Shown here: positions 26,366-35,242 of the stretch, piece after piece
Layout: each line of letters begins with the position of its first letter
How positions within the stretch are numbered: the stretch's first letter is position 1
Source of the DNA: a virus
Strand: one strand, 5' to 3'
IMG/VR virus record: IMGVR_UViG_3300018080_000107
Length of the DNA: 64,000 nt
The notes under the pieces: model-generated
Told to the model about the DNA's origin: nothing
The model's input: only the letters and a program-made list of their open reading frames with translations
Database searches by the model: none
Position numbers and translations under genes: made by a program

Positions 26366-26406
26366 TCAATACACCTCCTTCTCTATAGTAGACGCTAAAA
26401 ACAAGG

Positions 26407-26691
26407 TCACTCTACATTAATTTTTTGTAATTTTCCCCTATATCCAATATCCTCCTTCCGATGTAATTCTTTATGACACTCAACACAAAGAATGTCACAC
26501 TTTCGCAACTCTCTTATTACCTTTAGCATAGATGTTTCACGTCCAGCACCAAGGGAAAAAACCTTTGTTGACGCATCCCTATGATGAAACGTTAAATCTT
26601 TGTCACCTCCACAAATTTCGCAAGTGCTCTTATCCTTTATTTCATCCAGTACGTCTTTAATAAATCGTCTGTTTTTGGTGTGCTTGCCCAT
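26407..26691 (-). CDS. HNH endonuclease
   Basis: CEICG...LTFHHRD...KCDILCVECHKELH. Confidence 0.8.
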   Translation of the reverse strand: MGKHTKNRRFIKDVLDEIKDKSTCEICGGDKDLTFHHRDASTKVFSLGAGRETSMLKVIRELRKCDILCVECHKELHRKEDIGYRGKLQKINVE

Positions 26692-26909
26692 TAATCCATC
26701 ACCTCGGCTTCAAGCTGCACATCCATTTCCTCACCAAAATTAAGGTCCATAACCTGCTTAGCAAACTGTTTACCAAATATATTGATGGTATCAACATGAA
26801 TACTAAACAGATGGTACGTGACACTACTTGTGCCAGTTCCAACCTTGCGCTTGCTGTAAACATGAAACATGTCACAGTCATACTCGTCTCGCTTCAAAAT
26901 AGCCTGCAT
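26691..26909 (-). CDS. hypothetical protein
   Basis: AAGGAG RBS; class I promoter. Confidence 0.65.
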   Translation of the reverse strand: MQAILKRDEYDCDMFHVYSKRKVGTGTSSVTYHLFSIHVDTINIFGKQFAKQVMDLNFGEEMDVQLEAEVMD

Positions 26910-26978
26910 TATTTTTCTCCTTTGTTAAGGGCCTCTCTCTATAGGAAGCCTCGAATACAAGGTGGTCAAGATTAAAAA

Positions 26979-27311
26979 TCAATAACGCCTGCCATACCGC
27001 CGAAAAGATTCACGCTTATCCTTAAGAATCTCCCTTGCAAGCGCATCTACTGCCCTTTGGTTGTAAGGCAGCCCAAGTGCCCTTTCTTCTGCCAGTTGCG
27101 GCGCAAGAAGTCTTTCCGCCTGCTCTCGAAGCTCGTATTTATCCTCACTCCATGATGGTATCGTGGTAGCCTTTTTCTCTTTTTGGATTATCGTGCCCTG
27201 CTCATATGCATAACCAATACCCCATACGGCACCAACAAGCAACAGTATCGCAAGAGGAATAACCAAAACCAATCCAGCACCCTTAAAAACTTCCTTTTGG
27301 TAATCAGTCAT
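26979..27311 (-). CDS. membrane-anchored hypothetical protein
   Basis: One TM; start reassigned to MTDYQ. Confidence 0.6.
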   Translation of the reverse strand: MTDYQKEVFKGAGLVLVIPLAILLLVGAVWGIGYAYEQGTIIQKEKKATTIPSWSEDKYELREQAERLLAPQLAEERALGLPYNQRAVDALAREILKDKRESFRRYGRRY

Positions 27312-27669
27312 TGATACTCTTAACCTCCAAACGTGCGTCAGACCGACACTCCACAAATGCATCCATAGCCTGCTTCATATCCACGGCGTTTCCAGTGGTT
27401 ACAACCTTTTCACCTGGAAGCTCAACAAAAGCCTTTGACTCTTTCAAGCCCCATCCGGTTACAGTCCGAACAGCCTTAATAGCCCGAATCTTGTCACAAC
27501 CATACTCATGCATAACAAGCTGCTTAAGCTGATACTTAAACGCCTGCACAACTGGACTCAGCGCATCAAGTGCCTCCACAACACCCATGATATCACCACT
27601 CTCAACGCGAACAGTAGAATCTGCATTCTCAACAATAATTGTAATCTTCATATTACCAATCTCTTTCAA
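27304..27669 (-). CDS. ribosomal protein bL12 (L7/L12) C-terminal domain protein
   Basis: DKIRAIKAVRTVTGWGLKESKAFVELP. Confidence 0.8.
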   Translation of the reverse strand: MKEIGNMKITIIVENADSTVRVESGDIMGVVEALDALSPVVQAFKYQLKQLVMHEYGCDKIRAIKAVRTVTGWGLKESKAFVELPGEKVVTTGNAVDMKQAMDAFVECRSDARLEVKSIND

Positions 27670-27991
27670 CCTTTATACGAATCATGTTTGCCGCTTCCGG
27701 TCGCACCGAAATACCACGCATTCCCCTAACTTCAAGCATTCCACGCCTATCAACCCTTATGTCGATATTCTCCCAATCCTGTTGTTTTCCAGTCTTAAAT
27801 CTGATTGTAGAATTTTTCGGCAAAGGCTTATCACCATTGGTATGGTCAACAAGAATTACGTTTGTTTCACCTTCTCCGCGATAAAGCGCCTCAAGTTCTT
27901 CTTTTCTTTCCCTCTGCTCTCTAAGTCGCATTTCCAACACTTTGATATGTGATTGCGCCCACTTCGGCAGTTTTTCTATATTTCCACTCAT
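27653..27991 (-). CDS. hypothetical phage protein
   Basis: KLPKWAQ...VRPEAAN. Confidence 0.7.
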   Translation of the reverse strand: MSGNIEKLPKWAQSHIKVLEMRLREQRERKEELEALYRGEGETNVILVDHTNGDKPLPKNSTIRFKTGKQQDWENIDIRVDRRGMLEVRGMRGISVRPEAANMIRIKVERDW

Positions 27992-28209
27992 TCTTCAAGA
28001 TTCCTTACTCTATCTTCCGCATTAATTTGCATGTCCTTAATCCGTTGAATAAGGTCAAGCACTTCCCAGGTACTTACATAATTTTCACACTCACCTTGAA
28101 ACTTAGGACCGCAAAGATAAGTGGCGAAACGACTAAGCTCACTTGTGATTTCCTCAGACAGTTCCGCATTAATCTTAGCAATCTCTTGCAGCTTGTTGAT
28201 AAACTTCAT
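27988..28209 (-). CDS. hypothetical protein
   Basis: Start reassigned to MKFIN after AAGGAG. Confidence 0.6.
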   Translation of the reverse strand: MKFINKLQEIAKINAELSEEITSELSRFATYLCGPKFQGECENYVSTWEVLDLIQRIKDMQINAEDRVRNLEE

Positions 28210-28358
28210 TTCGTTTCTCCTTGTTATTAACGCCCTCATCAGTAGCCTCAAAAACAAGGCGCTCAACATTAATCTTCTTTAATAAAGGGGGCGATGCCTG
28301 GCACCGCCCTCGCCTCCACCACCGGGAAGCCTCCCGGAAAAACAATGCGAACGATTAA

Positions 28359-28625
28359 TCAACGATAATCAAAATGAATACCAGCCGGAAAATGTCCACC
28401 CTTTTTCCACTCGTCAACCATAGCAACGGCCTTATCGAATGAATCAGTAGTAAGTGTAGCGTGCTTCCTGCCGCCTTCCATTAGGATAACATGAATACAC
28501 TTGCCATTTACCCGCCCTTTGACGCTTCCAGACCTATCCCTACGGTTCAAAAGCTTCTCAGCAGACCCATCCTTTGCCAACATACATTTAATAAAGTCCT
28601 GATTACGATATACCTTCTTAGCCAT
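28359..28625 (-). CDS. hypothetical protein
   Basis: Coupled ORF. Confidence 0.6.
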   Translation of the reverse strand: MAKKVYRNQDFIKCMLAKDGSAEKLLNRRDRSGSVKGRVNGKCIHVILMEGGRKHATLTTDSFDKAVAMVDEWKKGGHFPAGIHFDYR

Positions 28626-29020
28626 TATTCCTCACCTCGAATGAAATTATCTTCACTTTCTTCAGCCTCAACCTTTGGCTCGCCGTTACTATTTCGGAAA
28701 TATTCATCTACCCTTTCAGCAGACCGACAAGCCCTATCACCGACATCAGCCAGTGCATCATTGGCTCTCTCAAGCTTCCTGCGTTCCTCGCTTAAAAGCT
28801 GTCCAACCTTATAATGCTCACTCTGCCACTCCCGCAAAGTTGCCCCAAGCTTCTCATACTTGGCGCTAAGTCGCCTGTTTGCATCAAGCACCTCGGCAAG
28901 ATTTTCTTCACCCTCTCGGATGGTCCTATTCTTTGCCCATGATGTAACCAATAGACCAAGAATTAAACCGACCACATCACCAAGTACAAAAAAGATAAAC
29001 GCGATAACATTAAGTTCCAT
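28625..29020 (-). CDS. TM coiled-coil protein
   Basis: N-terminal TM plus heptads. Confidence 0.6.
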   Translation of the reverse strand: MELNVIAFIFFVLGDVVGLILGLLVTSWAKNRTIREGEENLAEVLDANRRLSAKYEKLGATLREWQSEHYKVGQLLSEERRKLERANDALADVGDRACRSAERVDEYFRNSNGEPKVEAEESEDNFIRGEE

Positions 29021-29145
29021 TTAGTTCTCCGTCATTCTTTCTATGAAAGCCCGTATGCCCTTTGCCGCTGGTGACGGCTTCCGGGTTGCACAATAACCAA
29101 GCAGCAGTATAAGCCCTGCCACAGACAATCCTATAAGCCATTTCT

Positions 29146-29439
29146 TCATATTATCAAACTCACAAACTCATGGTAGTAATGTTCGATTTCACTAAATCCA
29201 TTCGCATGTCCATGTTCCCAAGCAAGCTCCCAAACTTTATTTGCTTTCGGATGGTCCTGAACACCATAAGACGCTTCAAGATTATTGCGAAACGCTCTTA
29301 CTTTTTCTCGTTCTTCTTCTTGGCGTTTGCGGCGTTCCTCTTTCTCCATCTCTTTAATCTTTGCTTCCGTATTCTTTGCAGCCGCCTTATAAGCCTCAAG
29401 CTCAACTTTCAATTGTCCTTTGCTTTTCGCCATCCTCAC
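29146..29439 (-). CDS. hypothetical phage protein
   Basis: HPKA...LAWEHGHANG. Confidence 0.65.
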   Translation of the reverse strand: MRMAKSKGQLKVELEAYKAAAKNTEAKIKEMEKEERRKRQEEEREKVRAFRNNLEASYGVQDHPKANKVWELAWEHGHANGFSEIEHYYHEFVSLII

Positions 29440-29577
29440 CCTCCGTAGGCATTAGTTTAATCAAACTACTGATAACATTTGACACCGCAAAACCAGCAGA
29501 CCCCGTATCTCCAGCCTTAATTGCCTCTTGTGCTATATAGGCAGACGCCAAAGCATTTCTAACTTCCATTTCAGAAA

Positions 29578-29985
29578 TCACAACTGTTCTCCATCTTCAC
29601 AACCATAATCCGAATCATCAATAACATAGTTTTCAACGTTCTGATTAAACAAGAAATCAAGCTTTTTGAAATCCTCGCCCTCAAATTTATGATCGCCCAA
29701 ACGAATAGCAGTTACAACCCGTTCTTCGTCTCCACACGGCGGATTCCAATAGTCTCCAGGGTCTTCACCCCACCAAACTTCCACTTCAACCATAAACTCA
29801 ACAGATTTCGGCTTGCCCTTTCCAGTTGTCATTTGACAAATCATACTAAACAAATCACAATCAAGTTTGACATAAGGCAGCGAACGAACATCATTAAGTC
29901 CGTCTACATAGACGGGAATATGCCCTTTGCCTTTATCAATCCAAGTCTCAATCGGTATTTCTATTGTAAATTTTCCACTCGGCAT
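29578..29985 (-). CDS. hypothetical protein
   Basis: Follows class I promoter at 30003. Confidence 0.65.
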   Translation of the reverse strand: MPSGKFTIEIPIETWIDKGKGHIPVYVDGLNDVRSLPYVKLDCDLFSMICQMTTGKGKPKSVEFMVEVEVWWGEDPGDYWNPPCGDEERVVTAIRLGDHKFEGEDFKKLDFLFNQNVENYVIDDSDYGCEDGEQL

Positions 29986-30023
29986 TATTACCTCCCTCAG
30001 TAATAGCCCTCAATACAAGGTCT

Positions 30024-30290
30024 TCAGAAAACTTTTTCCTCAAGTCGTTCTATAATGCTCCTCATGCGCTTTTTAAGGTCGTCAACACTGACAGAATCCA
30101 TGCGCCGATTCAGAAACATCATCATTCCCTTTGCTCGTTTCAGCAGTTCAGGAACACTGCAATAGACAGTTATCGGACAAGGCAGTTCAAAATAATTTTC
30201 AACCTGCACTATCCACATATGAACCGCATATACTAAAGCTTCATTCATTTCCATTGGCTTATCCATTAATCTGCCTTTCAAAAAACACAA
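30024..30290 (-). CDS. hypothetical protein, related to 30259..30561
   Basis: EALVYAVHMW...LKRAKGMM vs EAVTWAIHTW...LPRARGML. Confidence 0.55.
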   Translation of the reverse strand: MCFLKGRLMDKPMEMNEALVYAVHMWIVQVENYFELPCPITVYCSVPELLKRAKGMMMFLNRRMDSVSVDDLKKRMRSIIERLEEKVF

Positions 30291-30561
30291 TAAGCTTTAC
30301 CAATCGTTCCTCAAGTTCATTTTCAAGTTTGTATCTGCCTAAATTATACGAAAGATCAGCCGCAGTCTCTTTGACAAACTCAAGCATACCCCTCGCCCGT
30401 GGAAGCATACATTCCGCATCCACCTTAGACAAACAACCGTCTTTAATATTGAACTCTCTAACACATACCCAAGTATGTATAGCCCAAGTTACTGCTTCTT
30501 CTTTAGTCATTCTGTTTTTTCCATTCCTCAAAACTCGGCTTATCGCCGTTATTCCAGCCAC
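30259..30561 (-). CDS. hypothetical protein
   Basis: Tandem paralog; start likely MTKEE. Confidence 0.55.
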   Translation of the reverse strand: MAGITAISRVLRNGKNRMTKEEAVTWAIHTWVCVREFNIKDGCLSKVDAECMLPRARGMLEFVKETAADLSYNLGRYKLENELEERLVKLIVFFERQING

Positions 30562-30811
30562 AACGACATTCTACAGAGTTGTCTTCAAGAACTTCCATGA
30601 AATATTGGTCACGTCCACAGTTGGGACACTCATCCGGCATGTCTTCATCATAGTCAGGCACAAAAAGATATTCGCCACAACAATGACAAGAAAGATTCCG
30701 CTCTACGGCTTCCTCTTCATAAATTGCCTCGAAGTATCCTTCACGACCGATAACACAATCAAGACAATAAATCTCATTATCGTCAACAGTGTAACCAACA
30801 ATGTCACTCAT
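30503..30811 (-). CDS. Cys-rich hypothetical protein
   Basis: AAGGAGG RBS; class I promoter. Confidence 0.65.
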   Translation of the reverse strand: MSDIVGYTVDDNEIYCLDCVIGREGYFEAIYEEEAVERNLSCHCCGEYLFVPDYDEDMPDECPNCGRDQYFMEVLEDNSVECRCGWNNGDKPSFEEWKKQND

Positions 30812-30872
30812 GACAACCTCCTTCTATTTGATACCCTCAATACAAGGGTCAAGAAGATTAAAATCCGCTCAT

Positions 30873-31079
30873 TTAAGTAAAGAACGCCCAACACTCATAT
30901 TCTGTATCCCAATACCATCCACCAAGGTCTTCAAGTGCCTTATAGTCTTCTTTTGACATTACATTAGGATTAATCTTAAAACAGGTATAGATTATATCAT
31001 GTTCAGCACTGATACCCCATCTCTCCTCTGGTTCCTGATGTTTGCTTAATATTTCTACACCACTTAAAAAATTCTTCAT
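30873..31079 (-). CDS. hypothetical phage protein
   Basis: SAEHDIIY...W...W. Confidence 0.65.
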   Translation of the reverse strand: MKNFLSGVEILSKHQEPEERWGISAEHDIIYTCFKINPNVMSKEDYKALEDLGGWYWDTEYECWAFFT

Positions 31080-31285
31080 CAGTCTTCTATTACCTCTGCA
31101 ATGTCAAGCATATGGTCACAAAGATTAATAAGCCCGTCAAAATGCTCTATCCTCTTAACCAGCTTATCATCATCAACAACACAATTATCGATGATGTCTT
31201 GATACTCTGCCCGTGCTTCAAACAAAGAATTTCGTTGCTTCCTAAGCAGTGGTATATTAATGTCTTGAACAAAAAGATCCATCAT
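31079..31285 (-). CDS. hypothetical protein
   Basis: Coupled ORF. Confidence 0.6.
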   Translation of the reverse strand: MMDLFVQDINIPLLRKQRNSLFEARAEYQDIIDNCVVDDDKLVKRIEHFDGLINLCDHMLDIAEVIED

Positions 31286-31497
31286 TTACTCCTTTTCCAA
31301 AGCCTGGTAGCATCTTGCCACCTTTTACGTTCTCTTTCATCAATTGACAAATCCCAGCCGATTACTTTTCGTCCACATTTTGGACAATTCGGCTCGTCGC
31401 TACATATAGCAACCTCACAACACTCTGTAAACATTGTTGAATTAGTTCCTTGTGGCATTATTGGAATCATGCCAACAACTTCTGAATTAATAAGCAT
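31282..31497 (-). CDS. hypothetical Cys-rich protein
   Basis: TECC...CPKC. Confidence 0.6.
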   Translation of the reverse strand: MLINSEVVGMIPIMPQGTNSTMFTECCEVAICSDEPNCPKCGRKVIGWDLSIDERERKRWQDATRLWKRSK

Positions 31498-31499
31498 AT

Positions 31500-31709
31500 C
31501 TACACCTTATATACTTCTAACGTTGTCATAATTTCAGACAAGGAAGAAGGTTCAGCATTTTTTTCCAAATTAAACAAATCGTCCAACTCTCGCAAAACCC
31601 AATGTTTGCACCAAGTCGTAAAGCACAAAACACGCTCTCCCTCGACAATATAAAAATTTGTCCTATCTGAATATCGTCTCTTATAGACTTTCACTTTGCA
31701 CCTTCCCAA
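31500..31709 (-). CDS. hypothetical protein
   Basis: ORF in operon. Confidence 0.5.
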   Translation of the reverse strand: MGRCKVKVYKRRYSDRTNFYIVEGERVLCFTTWCKHWVLRELDDLFNLEKNAEPSSLSEIMTTLEVYKV

Positions 31710-31906
31710 AACTCTGGGTCGTACATCGGGTCTTCTTCATCCGGCAATTCATCCCAATCAATTTCCGGTTGATTCCTCGCTTCTTCCGCAGCTTTCTCGT
31801 ATTCTGGCCAAAGTAGATACGCCAACATCTTCATTCTCCTTACCAAAAGCTTTACCCCATTTTCTGTCCATCTCAGACTCACTAATACACTTAGGTCGTC
31901 TTCCAC
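31691..31906 (-). CDS. hypothetical protein
   Basis: ORF in operon; may start upstream at ATG after AAGGAG. Confidence 0.5.
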   Translation of the reverse strand: MEDDLSVLVSLRWTENGVKLLVRRMKMLAYLLWPEYEKAAEEARNQPEIDWDELPDEEDPMYDPEFWEGAK

Positions 31907-31951
31907 TTCCTTTGCCGTTCTGCATATGTTTCTCCTTTTATTTTCAAAGCC

Positions 31952-32084
31952 GGGACGGTGTTAATTCACTTCGTTCGCGTCGGGATATGTTTCCGCCATG
32001 TGTTTCAAACCGACGCCTGCGACTTACTGCGCATCCGGTTAGTTCCAGTCGATTCGCACCGCTTTGTACGGCAGTGCCCGTCCC
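31952..32084 (-). ncRNA. candidate four-way-junction ncRNA or structured leader
   Basis: Begins GGG 5 nt after class I promoter; stems GGGACGG/CCGTCCC, GCACTGC/GCGGTGC, CGACT/AGTCG, GCGTCGG/CCGACGC. Confidence 0.55.
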
Positions 32085-32120
32085 TATAGTAAGCCTTAGA
32101 TACAAGGTGCCGAAGATGAA

Positions 32121-32429
32121 TTATTCTTCATCTGGCTCTCCATAACTGCTCTCAAATTCTTCATTGCATCCATCACATATTTTAGGTGCCCCCTCGTCAT
32201 ATTGAAATTGATGCAACTTATGAGGATAACCATCAATCCTGCGCTCTGCCTCTATCTTCAAAGCACAATCGCCACAGTAGATATTCCCATCCACTTCATC
32301 ATAATAAAGAATTGTATAGCCTCCCGGCCAAGCATAAGTCGGGAAAAGCCTATCCTCTATCTTAATCACCGCTTGTCGCATAAATTCAACTCTTGTCATA
32401 TCGCCTCCTATCATATACCTTAAAAACAA
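32121..32429 (-). CDS. hypothetical phage protein
   Basis: YAWPGGY...CGDC...CDGC; true start likely MTRVE. Confidence 0.65.
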   Translation of the reverse strand: MFLRYMIGGDMTRVEFMRQAVIKIEDRLFPTYAWPGGYTILYYDEVDGNIYCGDCALKIEAERRIDGYPHKLHQFQYDEGAPKICDGCNEEFESSYGEPDEE

Positions 32430-32438
32430 GGTGGGAGA

Positions 32439-33272
32439 TTACTCCCCCACCTTTTCGAGAACTTCCGCCTTACGAGGACGCTTAAAGAAACCAAAAGTCT
32501 CGTCGTCCTTAGAGGCTTCCACATTGGCCGTGAAAGCAACCTTGTCGCCCCGCTCAATACTGACAGCACTGGGAACCGTTCCCCAAACCTTGAAGCCCCT
32601 ATCGTCCTTTACAAGCATCTTGAGAGTTTCACCATAATGACTATCCTGCCACTTCTTGGCAAGCACGGTGCCCCTAATCACAATGCCATTACCAGCAACA
32701 ACAGGCTTTGCATTCGCCTTATCCTCAGCTTCCCTCTTGGCACGATCAACCATTTCGGTAGCAATCTTCTTGACAAGTGCAACCTGCTTTTCAGAAAGGC
32801 TACCAAAGCGATAAAGCTTGTTTCTGATATCCGTAACAATGTGATGTTCCGCATTGATATAGTCAGAAAGATTATTCTCTGCAATAAAAGCCTCAGCTTC
32901 ATCCTTCTGCTTCATACTAATACGGATAGCGGCAACCTGCTTTTTGAGATTACGATAAGCAAACTCCTGCCTATCGCTGCAACCGAAAGCCTTGGCGGCA
33001 CAGATATGGCCGACACAAACATACTGACCCGTAGGAATATGCTTGTATACTTCGCCATAAGCGAAAGAAGCGCCACAGTGGTCACAGGTGCCCTTTTCCT
33101 GATGATTCCCATTAAAAGGATTAGAATTAAGCTTTTTCCGAATTTCCTGCATCCAAGGACTACGACTTGCAAGAATCTCCCAAATGTTTCCACCCTGGTA
33201 GTAAGGACCGACCCACTCATAATCAGCAGGATTGAAGTTAGTAGGTGCGTGAACGTCATTTCGCTTCGTCAT
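32439..33272 (-). CDS. hypothetical protein with zinc finger and C-terminal OB-like domain
   Basis: CDHCG...VGHICA; C-terminal KVWGTVPS...FGFFKRP. Confidence 0.7.
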   Translation of the reverse strand: MTKRNDVHAPTNFNPADYEWVGPYYQGGNIWEILASRSPWMQEIRKKLNSNPFNGNHQEKGTCDHCGASFAYGEVYKHIPTGQYVCVGHICAAKAFGCSDRQEFAYRNLKKQVAAIRISMKQKDEAEAFIAENNLSDYINAEHHIVTDIRNKLYRFGSLSEKQVALVKKIATEMVDRAKREAEDKANAKPVVAGNGIVIRGTVLAKKWQDSHYGETLKMLVKDDRGFKVWGTVPSAVSIERGDKVAFTANVEASKDDETFGFFKRPRKAEVLEKVGE

Positions 33273-33313
33273 TTTGAACTCCTTGGTAAAAGTTTTGTTT
33301 TCGCCTTCTATAG

Positions 33314-33389
33314 TACGCCTCGAATACAAGGCCATACACAAGATTAATCTTTTTTAATCTATATGTCCACAACTTGTACAGAGGGCTAC
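33314..33389. promoter_or_regulatory. divergent class I promoters sharing one 16-bp box at the strand switch
   Basis: Minus copy 33314-33331, box 33343-33358, plus copy 33372-33389. Confidence 0.75.
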
Positions 33390-33438
33390 TTATGACGGAC
33401 GAAAATTTTTACTGACGTATTTTATCACAAAGGAGTAT

Positions 33439-33828
33439 TTGATGGGTTTCTTTAGTTGGAAGTGTAAGGTTTGCGGCCATTCAATGCGTGCAGAGTATGT
33501 GACCGACCATCCTGAATTGTCGCAAGTTGTTGTCATTGAATCAGATGGCAGCATTCTCCGTGGAGAATATGATGGCTATGGTCGTGTAATCACTCGATGT
33601 GGAGCAGAGCAGGAGTTTGATAGCTGCGGTGAGCCTGAATGCTATCATCTCGAATGTTGGAAAAAGGCTGGAGAGCCTACTAAGTACACCAAAGGCAGTG
33701 ATTATGCAGAAGACCAAGGATATTTCTTTGGTCCTGGCGACCCAGACTATGTTGAAAAAGACGAAATCAGTTTTGACGACGATGATGATGAAGACTATCC
33801 TTATTATGATGACGAGGAGGACAATTGA
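33439..33828 (+). CDS. hypothetical protein with acidic tail
   Basis: MGFFSWKC...YDGYG...DQGYF. Confidence 0.7.
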   Translation: MMGFFSWKCKVCGHSMRAEYVTDHPELSQVVVIESDGSILRGEYDGYGRVITRCGAEQEFDSCGEPECYHLECWKKAGEPTKYTKGSDYAEDQGYFFGPGDPDYVEKDEISFDDDDDEDYPYYDDEEDN

Positions 33829-34052
33829 AACATTTCATTAGAGTAAGCCAAGATTCTTTTAATGCTGTAGCGGACATACAGAGAAAGTTTTTTGGCAAGT
33901 TTACAGAATGGTCATTTTGTGGATTTGTTGACGGGTGTATCGTTTTCAAACATCCTGACGGGCGACAAAAAGCCTTTACGAGATGCGCGAAAACGGCCCC
34001 TGCAAAGTCCGTCAAATCAAAACATGGATGGTATGTAGGTAAAATATGTTGA
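33825..34052 (+). CDS. hypothetical protein
   Basis: Coupled ORF. Confidence 0.5.
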   Translation: MKHFIRVSQDSFNAVADIQRKFFGKFTEWSFCGFVDGCIVFKHPDGRQKAFTRCAKTAPAKSVKSKHGWYVGKIC

Positions 34053-34197
34053 GAACAGCACTTAAATGGCTATGGGAACTTTTCCTGCTAATTGCTTTAG
34101 GCTATGGAGTGTTCAGGCTTTGTACAGATACTTACCTTTGGATGTCAGAATATGTTGAGAGCCAAGGGTCAGCCATACAAAAAATTAAAGAAAGTCT

Positions 34198-34224
34198 GTA
34201 ATTCTTCATCAAAAATACCGTCTA
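34198..34224 (+). promoter_or_regulatory. class II promoter GTAAT-N16-CGTCTA
   Basis: One of 7 copies. Confidence 0.7.
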
Positions 34225-34287
34225 CAATAGTAGGAAAACCGTATTGTAGGTTAATAGGAAAAATCTATCTTAACAAAGGAGCGTTTT

Positions 34288-34830
34288 ATGGCATTTAACA
34301 GAGAGTGTAAGCATTGCGGTAAGTCCTTCAAGACAGAGAAGGAAAATTACCACTACTGCTGCATGGATTGCCGTAACGAAGCGCAACAAGCCTGGAACCA
34401 GAAAAAGAAGTCTGGCAACGTCCGTGGTGAAGGTAACGACTATAAGCCACGCGGCGGGGGAAACAGGTACAGCGGCAGCAAAAAGGGAACTCCTAAAAAA
34501 AGCTCCTATGGCCGAAGCTTCGATACAGACAAGCCTTATAGCAGCAAGAAGCAGGAAAGCGATGAAAAGCCTGTCAAGACTACAGAGGCCACCATCGAAC
34601 CTGAGAAGATTCGTATTTCAATCGAAGTTGACAAAGATTGGTTGCTTAATGCGCTTGCTGAAAAGCTTGCAAGCAAAATCGATCCAATGCCAACAAAGAC
34701 AGAAGAACCTGCCAAAAAGGCAGAAGAGAAACAAGAAGAACCACCGGCCGATGAACCATCACCAGAAGAGATTGCCGAAGCAATGGGTTCTGATAATTCT
34801 CCAACACAAGACGACGATATACCGTTTTAA
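34288..34830 (+). CDS. zinc-finger protein with SSB-like C-terminal DDDIPF tail
   Basis: CKHCG...CCMDC; ends QDDDIPF. Confidence 0.75.
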   Translation: MAFNRECKHCGKSFKTEKENYHYCCMDCRNEAQQAWNQKKKSGNVRGEGNDYKPRGGGNRYSGSKKGTPKKSSYGRSFDTDKPYSSKKQESDEKPVKTTEATIEPEKIRISIEVDKDWLLNALAEKLASKIDPMPTKTEEPAKKAEEKQEEPPADEPSPEEIAEAMGSDNSPTQDDDIPF

Positions 34831-34849
34831 TAATAAGTTAAGTATATCT

Positions 34850-34882
34850 CCGTTGAGAGCCCGTAATTGGGGCCTCTAACGG
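34850..34882 (+). terminator. hairpin or terminator
   Basis: CCGTTGAGAGCCC/GGGGCCTCTAACGG inverted repeat. Confidence 0.5.
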
Positions 34883-34895
34883 CCAACAGAGTTGA

Positions 34896-35014
34896 CAGGT
34901 GATATCGGTCAGGCAGTGCGGTGAGAGGCTGGTAAGGCCACTCTGGAGCCCCCTGAAGACATAGCTGGCTCGGCTATAGTCTGGACTAAACAATAGCGCC
35001 GAAATCATCACTGG
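34896..35014 (+). ncRNA. candidate structured ncRNA
   Basis: GC-rich intergenic; TCAGG/CCTGA and ATAGCTG/CGGCTAT stems; followed by strong hairpin near 35018-35058. Confidence 0.35.
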
Positions 35015-35144
35015 TAGCCCCTCTGACCTCCCTTTTTGATAAGGGGGGGTCGGGGGGGATTATCAATTAGGCAACATATTTATGTTTCATCATGATGCTG
35101 CTTTCCTCTTGGCAATGTCGCTACATTGTGCTACGCAGTGTCAT

Positions 35145-35234
35145 GAGGAAAATATATATATGAGGCCACATTTAATAATGAGGCTATCATTTAATCAAGA
35201 GGCTACATCAATACCAAGAGGCTAGATATAGAGG
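35145..35234 (+). repeat. phased GAGG(C) repeats
   Basis: GAGG at 35145, 35162, 35180, 35199, 35218 and 35231. Confidence 0.6.
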
Positions 35235-35242
35235 TAACAATA

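Noticed and set aside
30131-30880. 249-aa plus-strand ORF, and similar ones at 32637..33347, 19362..19889 and 56025..56762
   Set aside because: Antisense shadows of real genes that have RBS, promoters and recognisable motifs on the other strand.
31952-32084. tRNA or tmRNA identity for the cloverleaf-like RNA
   Set aside because: No GTTCRA T-loop, D-loop consensus or CCA end, and the length does not fit.
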